Assembly (NCBI GenBank): GCA_030614005.1
Contig: JAUWKS010000024.1
Location: 1-32,000 of the forward strand
Direction of reading: 5' to 3'
DNA from: Candidatus Heimdallarchaeota archaeon
Lineage (GTDB): Archaea; Asgardarchaeota; Heimdallarchaeia; JABLTI01
Length of the DNA stretch: 32,000 bases
Positions within the stretch are counted from its first letter, which is position 1. Each line of letters opens with the position of its first letter. The translations under genes and the position numbers were made by a program. Below, piece by piece: positions 1-7,902 of this stretch. The notes under the pieces were generated by a model, which made no database searches, was not told where the DNA came from, and saw only the letters and a list, made by a program, of their open reading frames with translations.

Positions 1-182
1 AGAACTATTCCAAGTCCTTCTGCTTCTTTAGGTAGAAGATCAGACCAAACTAAATCGGTCCTAACTCTTGGTTTGGATGGGGGTAATGTAAGTATTGGAA
101 CCCACTCTCTTGGAGTAGTTACTTCTAAAGGAAACTTTTGAGTTGCTTTGGTTCGTTTATTAAAATTATTTATTTTAGTCAT
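1..182 (-). CDS. Hypothetical protein, 3'-truncated by the window edge; third gene of the Cas1-fusion operon
   Basis: ATG at 182-180, 14 nt after the Cas1-fusion stop, with a GGTGA RBS (acaggtgaattacATG). Frame is open to position 1: MTKINNFNKRTKATQKFPLEVTTPREWVPILTLPPSKPRVRTDLVWSDLLPKEAEGLGIV... Confidence 0.65.
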   Translation of the reverse strand, partial: MTKINNFNKRTKATQKFPLEVTTPREWVPILTLPPSKPRVRTDLVWSDLLPKEAEGLGIV

Positions 183-195
183 GTAATTCACCTGT

Positions 196-3100
196 TTAAC
201 TGAAATATTGTTTGTAAATCTCCAAGTGCTCTATAATGCAGTTCAAAATTCGCAGCAAATTTCTCGGAGGGGACCAATCTAACCAAAAACTGTTTTGCTT
301 TATCTGCTGCGAGTGATTAATCGCTTCCAAAGCAGCAATTAGATTGATTGTTCTCGTATTGATATGGTCAAAGTTATTTACTAACTCAGGGAGATTTTCA
401 TCTTCTGTAGGAATTCTTCCGATAGAGTATAGTAATTCCTGTACCATTCGGCTAGTGGTGTTCAATTGGTAATAGCATTGCCTGTTAATTTTTTCACGAA
501 TTAATAGCCCCCGAGAAACCATTTGTGAGAGAATTCTTTGGGTTTGGTTTTGCGTCAATTGTAATATTTCTCGAATATGGTTTGTTGAATATTTAGCGAA
601 ATATAGTTCCATCTGAAGAGCATAGGAGAGTAGAACCAATACTATAATCAAACTTCTATCTTGTTCCTTCTTTTGGAATTTAGTTAGCTGTAACTTCTCC
701 CGACCTCGCTTATTATTCCAAGTACGCCATTTCTGCATTGCAAATCCTCGAAACACACTACGAGTTTTTCTAGCAGCGAGTACTCTTTCTTCACTTCCGG
801 CATACAAATCTGCATACTCTGAAGCAAATTTGTTCACTAGGGTGAGATCGCGTTCGATTCCAGAAGGGCATATAACAAAAGGGTTAAAATTAGCTTCTTG
901 AAAACATTGTTTGATTTTTCTCGTACTGAGCTGTTTTTCCAAACGGAATTCTTCAAAATAACTAATAAATGCTTTTCTAAAAATTGCTAAATAGTGCTCG
1001 AATGCTTGGAGAAAGGGAATAGTTTTTCCGTGATAATACACTGGGAGTGAAACTGCTGCTGTGATTAGTTGTTTGATCTTCTTTTGTGCGTTGTTTTTTA
1101 TTCGATAGACCTCTTGTCCTTTTTGTCCTAGCACGAGTGAACAATCATCAATAGTGAGCACTCCTGCTTGCATTGCTTCAAACATAGTTATCAAAGCTAG
1201 CACTCGCACTGGTTCGATAAGATCAAAATATAACCCAAGATTGTCTATATCTGACTTTGTTCGTCTTTTATGGAATAATCCCGCACCCATAAGAGCAGGC
1301 TCAAGACCAATCTTTCTAAACACTTCATCAATTTCTGAGCGGAAGCCCCTAATAAACTGATTAAGGATCACATCTAACGGTGCATATGCATGACTTGTTT
1401 TCCGACTAAAGGAAAGGAACATATCCTTAACTAACCGTGAGGTAACTCTCCCACGCGTCCAGAGACCAACCTTTGCTCCTTCATCTTTGAGCAATTCAAA
1501 GAAAAATCTGTTACTTTGTGCTTCCAGTTGCATGCCATAATAACGAGAGCGTACTCCTCCTGCAACCTTAATTTGTAAATCAATCATCTCGAATAACTGA
1601 CGGTTAATATGTTCATTCGGGAATTCTTTTCTCAGGTTTGTTTTTCTGAGGTATAACCCTCCGCCAATATTTGATAGATGTCTAGCTTGTAAAAAGGACT
1701 GATTGAATGTTTTCTTCTCACCTAGATAGGAAATCACTGTTTGCAAGAATTGGTATTGTTCTTTAGTGAATGGTTTTTCTCGGGATGATTCACTCGATAA
1801 GCTCCTTTTTGATTTTTTCTCTTTTGTTTTTGCTCTACTAATAGTGTAGTGATATTTTTCTGGTTCAAATTCTGCTAATGTTAATAGGAATTTCTCTATT
1901 CTTTTGTAGCGTTTCCCCGAAAAGAAAATATATTGTACTTTTTCAAGTGGTATTTCATTTTTGCAGATAGTAAGAACGAATGTTTTGTCACTCTTCCTTT
2001 CTAACTTTATATTTTCATTGTCATAGATTACAAAAGCATACGAAGGATCTTTTTCCAACAATACTTGTGGGATTGACCCTGCTATTTGATAATAGAGCAT
2101 CCTAAGAAAATGACGATGTTCTGTTTGAATAGTTATGCTTTCTTCATTTTTCTTGAAATAAACTGTGGAACACTTTGGACAACTAACACGTTTGCGAGGA
2201 AAGAATAATTGCTCCTCAGAACCGAACTCTTCTATTTTTTCTTGGCAAGAGCAACAATGGAAAACAGTTTTCTTTGTTTGTCCGAGGAAGTATGAATCAG
2301 CTATTTTTCTCATTTTTAGTGAGAGTTTTTGGATGTTGATAGTAAATCTAACCTTACTGAGAGCTGAATTAAAATCAGCTAAATCTTTGTGGTACTTGCA
2401 CGCTGTTGCCTCTGGTCTAATGGAGCTTTTAGCATAGTTATAATAGTCGCTTGGTACTAGGCTTGGATTGTATGCTTGGAGAAGACGTAGGAGTAAGCAG
2501 GTCTTGAATCGCTTATTATAGCACATACAATTCTCACAAGTTTTCGTTAGAAATGGAAATTTAGTAAATAATTCAAGAGTACCATACTTGAGTTCGGAAC
2601 TACCACTGTTATCGAAAATTTTTAGTGATGTAAGCAAGCCTTCCGCTTTGAAATTTTCCAACTCCTTTTTTGTTTTTTGAAAGTCAAGGTGAAATTTTAG
2701 ACTTGTTTGCTTTACAGTTATAGGTTCATACCCCGCAGATTTTAGCATTGCTTCGCTTCTTTTTTCTTCCCAGGTTCTTTTCTTGTTCTTTTTGTAACTT
2801 TTCAATCGCTGAAAGAATAAGTAAGCATTGGTTTCCATAAGCTTCTCAAAGGCACCCAGTAATTGTATAGATGCAAAACTGGTATAATCTTTGATTATAA
2901 ATCCGAATTCTCTCTCAATAAATTGATCGTAAACATCAAAGGAATCATTAACGAAAGAATCTAAATCCTTCTGCTCACTCTGTTCTGGTAATACCTGAAA
3001 GTCTACATTTTCTAGACCAATTAATAGACAGTAAAATCGAATGATCTCTTCGAGAGATAATTTTGCGCTTGCTTTGATCCGTTTATACAAACAACCTGCT

Positions 3101-3570
3101 AGTTTGTTCAAAAAGGACGAAAACCCGAGCTCTATTCCAGCAATATTAGAGGTGGCAACAAGAACTGCTTCACCTAGTCCTGTAAGATAGTATTTGCTAT
3201 CTTTCTTCTTCTCTACTAATGGAAGAAAAGGAGTGGATTCAGCCGGTTCTTGCCAAGAGATAGTGGTTTTTATCGAATTGCTTTCTGTGTGCCCATAGAT
3301 GGTGTGCGATACTCCCTTGGTAAATAAATTTAATATTTGAATAAGTTTTATCTGAATTCGTTTATCGATTTTTATTTTTCGTTTTTCTATTTTATTTTTG
3401 CAATCTTCATTGTTCCTTGCCAATTCTGGATAGATATTGTTACTAAATAGATGCAGCTTGTATGTTATAGTCTCTTGAATTTTCCTTCGTAAATCAGCGG
3501 CACTTTTTCTTCCACGAAAGAGCTCACCAAAGATGAAAAATTGATAATGTTCATCTGATAAATTTGGCAA
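196..3570 (-). CDS. Large multidomain solo Cas1-fold protein (winged helices + Cys cluster + Zn ribbon + Cas1 + C-terminal wHTH)
   Basis: Cas1 N-terminal beta-like segment (IKLERKSDKTFVL...IPLEKVQYIFFSG). Cas1 helical domain motifs LEAQSNRFFF (E683), PLDVILN...IGLEP...GLFH (H767), LYFDLIEPVR (D783/E786), and a tail resembling YHGKTIPF. Start is a TTG with no RBS, so the true start may be upstream (see findings). Confidence 0.8.
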   Translation of the reverse strand: MPNLSDEHYQFFIFGELFRGRKSAADLRRKIQETITYKLHLFSNNIYPELARNNEDCKNKIEKRKIKIDKRIQIKLIQILNLFTKGVSHTIYGHTESNSIKTTISWQEPAESTPFLPLVEKKKDSKYYLTGLGEAVLVATSNIAGIELGFSSFLNKLAGCLYKRIKASAKLSLEEIIRFYCLLIGLENVDFQVLPEQSEQKDLDSFVNDSFDVYDQFIEREFGFIIKDYTSFASIQLLGAFEKLMETNAYLFFQRLKSYKKNKKRTWEEKRSEAMLKSAGYEPITVKQTSLKFHLDFQKTKKELENFKAEGLLTSLKIFDNSGSSELKYGTLELFTKFPFLTKTCENCMCYNKRFKTCLLLRLLQAYNPSLVPSDYYNYAKSSIRPEATACKYHKDLADFNSALSKVRFTINIQKLSLKMRKIADSYFLGQTKKTVFHCCSCQEKIEEFGSEEQLFFPRKRVSCPKCSTVYFKKNEESITIQTEHRHFLRMLYYQIAGSIPQVLLEKDPSYAFVIYDNENIKLERKSDKTFVLTICKNEIPLEKVQYIFFSGKRYKRIEKFLLTLAEFEPEKYHYTISRAKTKEKKSKRSLSSESSREKPFTKEQYQFLQTVISYLGEKKTFNQSFLQARHLSNIGGGLYLRKTNLRKEFPNEHINRQLFEMIDLQIKVAGGVRSRYYGMQLEAQSNRFFFELLKDEGAKVGLWTRGRVTSRLVKDMFLSFSRKTSHAYAPLDVILNQFIRGFRSEIDEVFRKIGLEPALMGAGLFHKRRTKSDIDNLGLYFDLIEPVRVLALITMFEAMQAGVLTIDDCSLVLGQKGQEVYRIKNNAQKKIKQLITAAVSLPVYYHGKTIPFLQAFEHYLAIFRKAFISYFEEFRLEKQLSTRKIKQCFQEANFNPFVICPSGIERDLTLVNKFASEYADLYAGSEERVLAARKTRSVFRGFAMQKWRTWNNKRGREKLQLTKFQKKEQDRSLIIVLVLLSYALQMELYFAKYSTNHIREILQLTQNQTQRILSQMVSRGLLIREKINRQCYYQLNTTSRMVQELLYSIGRIPTEDENLPELVNNFDHINTRTINLIAALEAINHSQQIKQNSFWLDWSPPRNLLRILNCIIEHLEIYKQYFS

Positions 3571-3594
3571 AGAATTTCTAAATGGGTTGTTGTT

Positions 3595-4302
3595 CTATGT
3601 TCTCTGCCCTTCCTGACATCGAAAGAAAAGACAATTCTCAACTTTGAGCAAGTATTTGTATTCCTCTTGAGTAAGCTCTGGAAACTGAGCACTATCCAGA
3701 AGAAAGGAAAACTGAGGTCTTCGACACTTATGTCGGTGAAGCCCACCAATAATGACATCTAAATCAATAACCTCGTCTTGGCATCTGTATTTAGTTAGCG
3801 GATTAAGAAAGACAATTTGTTCTGTCGTTGGACAGACTTTGTTCACCACTAAATCTCTTAGTTTTTTATAGGTTAACAGAATAAAATCTGCAGTAGTATG
3901 GTTCTGAGATTTAAAGTCCTTGTCAATTTCATCCTTCAAATTATAGATCATATTATAGAGCTTACAACTAGTAGCGTATTTGGTTAATTCTTGTAGTAAT
4001 GCTTCCCCATCTTTCTTTGACTTTACAACAATAAAGACCGGAAATGGAGTGTGTTTTCTCAGAGCTAATATTCGACGAACAGTAAGAGAAACAAGAGTTG
4101 GATTAAGACAACGTTTTTTTGGTTGATAGTTTTTACAAATTAAAGCAAGACTTTTGTCATTTAGCACTAGTAATTTTTGCTCTTCTGTAGTTAAGTCCGT
4201 TAATACAGGGTCATCTAACAATTTTCCTTGCTCTAATATAGAAGTAATACCTAAGGAAAGGCAAAGAGGGATGCTCTTTTTCGGGAATGTTTCTGTACTC
4301 AT
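3595..4302 (-). CDS. Inactivated SF2 (Hel308/Ski2-like) RecA1 helicase domain
   Basis: Order and spacing of elements match a DExH domain 1: Q-like LTTEEQKLL, motif Ia-like VFIVVKSK, motif Ib-like ADFILLTYKKL, post-motif II LDVIIGGL, motif III-like FLLDSA. Walker A (GKT) and DExH are missing. ATG start with a gagttga RBS-like sequence. Confidence 0.6.
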   Translation of the reverse strand: MSTETFPKKSIPLCLSLGITSILEQGKLLDDPVLTDLTTEEQKLLVLNDKSLALICKNYQPKKRCLNPTLVSLTVRRILALRKHTPFPVFIVVKSKKDGEALLQELTKYATSCKLYNMIYNLKDEIDKDFKSQNHTTADFILLTYKKLRDLVVNKVCPTTEQIVFLNPLTKYRCQDEVIDLDVIIGGLHRHKCRRPQFSFLLDSAQFPELTQEEYKYLLKVENCLFFRCQEGQRT

Positions 4303-4508
4303 TATATCAACTCACAAAGGAGGGGTAGCTCTTCCAATAACCGGAAGATATCTCTCTGTATTCTTTTTGTCGGTTTTATTTATAAAGAGCTAAAAAACGC
4401 CCTTTTCCTTTATAAGCGGCAGAAAAAACGACATTCCTTTCTGATTATAATAGAAATTGTGTTTACTACTTTTTTTTATTTAAAATTACTTGTTTCTCAA
4501 TAGTTTTT

Positions 4509-4578
4509 CGCACAAGTGCGCCCGAAGGGTTGACTTCCGTAGGAAGGCAGATAGCACTATGCGAATCGGCTCCGAGCC
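4509..4578. other. Cluster of five adjacent GC-rich mini-hairpins (structured ssDNA or RNA element)
   Basis: CGCAC-aa-GTGCG, CCC-gaa-GGG, CTTCC-gta-GGAAG, ATAG-ca-CTAT, GGCT-ccg-AGCC within 70 nt of otherwise AT-rich intergenic DNA. Confidence 0.6.
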
Positions 4579-4610
4579 AGAGCATTGAAAGAACAATCAA
4601 TATTTTACAA

Positions 4611-6239
4611 CTATACTTTCAAATGAAAGAATTCCTTGACAAATGAATACAAAACTGTATTGTAAAATCTCCTCCCTTTAGGGATAGGGAGTGAAAAATA
4701 ATTACAAAATCTCTTTTTATAGTCTTTTAATAATTGATTTTGCTTGCCAATAAAAAAGAAATAGTTATTTTTGTTCAATTGTATTCCTTGTAACATTGTT
4801 AAAAGTACATCATTTGGTTGTGTATCCAATACACAAGTAGAATTAGTTGATTGAAAAGTTAATTTCTGATTTTCTGTGAAAAATCGTTGGAATGAATAAT
4901 TTGTTTGTATAAAAAAACGCTTGAGAAAGGAAATCGGTATCGCAGTAGCATTCCGTTCATATTGTGAAACCAAACTTTGAGTAATACGAAAGTTTTTAGC
5001 TAGTTCTTTTTGTGTTTGAGTACCGCGTAATGTTTTCAGAAACCCCCCTAACCCTCTAATGCTTATATGTGGTAGTTTTGTATAATCAAAAAAACCATCT
5101 AGTAATTTATCTTCTTTAAAAGCAAGAACCTGTCCTTTCCAGAACCCTTCCTTCAATAAAGTATGTGGTCGAGGAGAAAAACGATTAATTTTTCTTGCTA
5201 GAATTGTCTTTATCTCTGCTTGTTTTTGCGGATGAGCTGTTCCCACTAAATCAGTAAAGTCTTTCCTTGATCGCCCTAAAATACTGACACTATAGGTTAT
5301 ACCTCCAAAAACTTCTTGTTGGTAGTTCTGAAACGTGATATTATGTTGTTGTAGAAATGTCTCAAAGTCTGTAATCAATCTCCGGGAGGCAGAACCAAAT
5401 AATATTGTTGATTTGTAACTTCCATCTGCATCCATTAATCCTCGCCAGAACGCACATCTCATTACTTTATCCGTTTGAAACAAAAACGGTTCGCATAGTG
5501 AAGGATATTTCCGTTCATTTATCGGTTGTCCCGAAAGAAAATTAAAAAACCGAACGATCCATTTACCAAGTATATTTATATTCCAAGCTTGAGCATTTTT
5601 CTGAGGAAAAAACTCAATATTTGATTGGAAATTCTCTTCCAATAACTTCTCTAGATTCTCTATATGCTCTTTTGAATTATCAATGATATTAATAAAATAC
5701 TCTGCGAGATGACCATCACCCATGATAACTCCTACTAAATAAGCAATGTCTTCGGTAAGAAATAGAGGTAGCTGAAAACCTTCTCCTCGTGCAGATTGAA
5801 ACTGGATATATTGTTTTCCTTGAAAGAATCTTTCCCAAGAGGGAAACAACCGGAAAAGAGGAAAGGGGATGCGTTGTTGCTCTTCCAGATAGGAAATGAT
5901 CTTTTGTTGCCAAATACGAATGGACTTATTGTAATTAGAATTCAAAAAATAATGATGAGCTTTTTCTGCGAGAGCAAGAGAATGCTTCCTAATGACGGTA
6001 ACAATATTTGTGTCTAGGAGAATATACGGAAAGGATTGCAGTATTCGTTCTCCGGAAACAAAATCGTTCTTTCGGATCATAAAAGAATAAAGCTGGAATT
6101 GAGCATTAGCTGTAAAAATCTTCTCTCTTTGACCACTCTCTATAATGTCATTTGTTGCTAACCAAGTATTCGGGATAAGAGGTTCAGGGTCAACTAGTAA
6201 TGGATCCGTTCGCCAATTGAGAAAATCTTGCATGATCAT
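4611..6239 (-). CDS. Free-standing LAGLIDADG-family endonuclease-like protein with XRE-type HTH
   Basis: Two LAGLIDADG helices (IAYLVGVIMGDGHL; FWRGLMDADGS) and an HTH (TQKELAKNFRITQSLVSQYE). No intein Hint termini. Confidence 0.8.
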   Translation of the reverse strand: MIMQDFLNWRTDPLLVDPEPLIPNTWLATNDIIESGQREKIFTANAQFQLYSFMIRKNDFVSGERILQSFPYILLDTNIVTVIRKHSLALAEKAHHYFLNSNYNKSIRIWQQKIISYLEEQQRIPFPLFRLFPSWERFFQGKQYIQFQSARGEGFQLPLFLTEDIAYLVGVIMGDGHLAEYFINIIDNSKEHIENLEKLLEENFQSNIEFFPQKNAQAWNINILGKWIVRFFNFLSGQPINERKYPSLCEPFLFQTDKVMRCAFWRGLMDADGSYKSTILFGSASRRLITDFETFLQQHNITFQNYQQEVFGGITYSVSILGRSRKDFTDLVGTAHPQKQAEIKTILARKINRFSPRPHTLLKEGFWKGQVLAFKEDKLLDGFFDYTKLPHISIRGLGGFLKTLRGTQTQKELAKNFRITQSLVSQYERNATAIPISFLKRFFIQTNYSFQRFFTENQKLTFQSTNSTCVLDTQPNDVLLTMLQGIQLNKNNYFFFIGKQNQLLKDYKKRFCNYFSLPIPKGRRFYNTVLYSFVKEFFHLKV

Positions 6240-6352
6240 TCTCCTAGTAAATAGTAAGAAATTGTACTTTTAAAGGCATCTTTGTTTAGCTGTTCGAAAA
6301 ACTAAAAGATTAAGTATTCTTTTAAATAAAGGATAATACTTTCAGTCATCTC

Positions 6353-6381
6353 TTTAGCTAAATGAAATATATTTAGCTAAA
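6353..6381. repeat. Left-end subterminal palindrome of the IS605-type element
   Basis: TTTAGCTAAAT-gaaatat-ATTTAGCTAAA, perfect 11-bp inverted repeat 22 nt upstream of tnpB. Confidence 0.7.
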
Positions 6382-6402
6382 CAATAACAGTATGAAGAAA
6401 AA

Positions 6403-7902
6403 ATGCTCTCAAAAGAACAACGCCTCACAAGAAAAGCATACAAAACACTATTAGCTGATTTGCCAAAGGACGAACTAGAAAAAGCATTAGAACAAATAGG
6501 GCAGATAACAAAACCAGAAGCAAAGAAAAAACCATTACTGCTAACCACTAAAGTAAAGATCCACCCAACACCAGAACAAGAAAAGGTTCTCTGGGTACTA
6601 GCAGAAAACTGTCGGTTAATACATTACTTTGCTAATAAAGAGCGAAAAGAATGGTGGGATAAAAATGAGCATTTACCCAAAAAGAAACAAGATAAAAAGA
6701 ATAGACCGACCTATCACAAGCAGTCAGCACAATTGCCAAAATTAAAAAAGCAATATCCCAGATACAAACAGAACTATGCCAAAACTTTGCAAGAAACACT
6801 CAAACAATTAGAAGCGGATTACAAATCATTTTTTGCATTAAGAAGGAATGTCGATTCAGATGCCAAACCTCCCCGCTTCAAAGGAAAGAAATATTTTACT
6901 ACTATCCACTATAACCAGAGCGGATTCAAGATTGAAGGGAATAAGATTACTTTTAGCCATTTTTATCCAACGAAGGAAACAAAAGAGGTAGATTTAACTT
7001 TTGAGATGGAAGGGAAATTGACTTTCAATGGTAAGCTGGTCAAGCAAGCAACCCTCTTTCAAAAGCACAAGACTAAAGAGTTTTTCTTAGCGATCATTTA
7101 CGAAGAGGAAACACCAACCTACTATGACAATGGCATCTATCAGACAATAGACCTCGGAGTAATCAACCTTGTTGCAGCAACGAATAGCCATGCAGGAAAG
7201 TCATTTATAATCAAAAACAAGCGCGTGGACAAATATTGGCAACGAAAAATAGAGGAAATACAAGGTAAACGGGATCATTGTAAAAAATACTCTAATCGAT
7301 GGCATTGGCTCAATAACAAAATGTGGAAAATGATACGAAAACAAGCAAACCAGTTTAAAGATTTTCAGCACAAAATAAGCAAACAAGTGGTCGAGAACTC
7401 CAGAGCAAACACGATTATCATTGGTGATCTGAACGTTAAGGAAATGTCGAAGGGTAAAAAGAGAGATAAAAAGAACGATAAAAGCAGACATAGAACTATG
7501 CAAAGTACTGGTTCCCTTGGTCGCTTCGCTCGATACTTAACCTACAAAGCACAACGAGTAGGTAAGAAAGTAATAAGGATCAGTGAACGAGATACAACCA
7601 AACTATGCACCTATTGTATGAATAAGGAGAACAGAGCCCTCTCCGAACGAACTATCAGTTGTGATTGTGGGTTAGTAATAGGTCGAGACACAAGCAGTTC
7701 AGGAACACAAATGCAGCGCTTCCTCGCTTTACTAGCACTATCACAGAAACGCCTTGTGGTCAGGCAACGACTCTTGAAGGAATTTCGAGAGAAGTTTTTT
7801 GCGATACACAGCCAAACGTCAAACGAAAGTTCCTCCTGTATTGGAGTTGGGCGGACTCGCAGCGAATCAAAAGTTAACAGAAACGCTTTAAGCGTTCGTT
7901 AA
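6403..7902 (+). CDS. tnpB: RNA-guided endonuclease TnpB (IS605 OrfB family) with rearranged RuvC-II
   Basis: N-terminal KVKIHPTPEQEKVL (OrfB HTH), PPRFK, RuvC-I IDLG (D250), RuvC-II IIIGDL (G341) with alternative Glu in ISERDTTK (E395), Zn finger CTYC...CDCG, RuvC-III RD (D429). Confidence 0.9.
   Translation: MLSKEQRLTRKAYKTLLADLPKDELEKALEQIGQITKPEAKKKPLLLTTKVKIHPTPEQEKVLWVLAENCRLIHYFANKERKEWWDKNEHLPKKKQDKKNRPTYHKQSAQLPKLKKQYPRYKQNYAKTLQETLKQLEADYKSFFALRRNVDSDAKPPRFKGKKYFTTIHYNQSGFKIEGNKITFSHFYPTKETKEVDLTFEMEGKLTFNGKLVKQATLFQKHKTKEFFLAIIYEEETPTYYDNGIYQTIDLGVINLVAATNSHAGKSFIIKNKRVDKYWQRKIEEIQGKRDHCKKYSNRWHWLNNKMWKMIRKQANQFKDFQHKISKQVVENSRANTIIIGDLNVKEMSKGKKRDKKNDKSRHRTMQSTGSLGRFARYLTYKAQRVGKKVIRISERDTTKLCTYCMNKENRALSERTISCDCGLVIGRDTSSSGTQMQRFLALLALSQKRLVVRQRLLKEFREKFFAIHSQTSNESSSCIGVGRTRSESKVNRNALSVR

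Noticed and set aside
196-4302. Canonical casposon call
   Set aside because: No family B polymerase or TIR pair is visible in the window, and the Cas1 protein is far larger than a typical casposase.
4500-4600. tRNA, 5S rRNA or HDV-like ribozyme
   Set aside because: No cloverleaf or T-loop. A GCGAAT resembling the HDV J4/2 segment is present, but P1/P2/P3/L3 cannot be built consistently.
4611-6239. Intein or intron-encoded endonuclease
   Set aside because: No Hint blocks (N-terminal C/S, C-terminal HN), no interrupted host gene, and no flanking rRNA/tRNA exons or group I core motifs were recognised.
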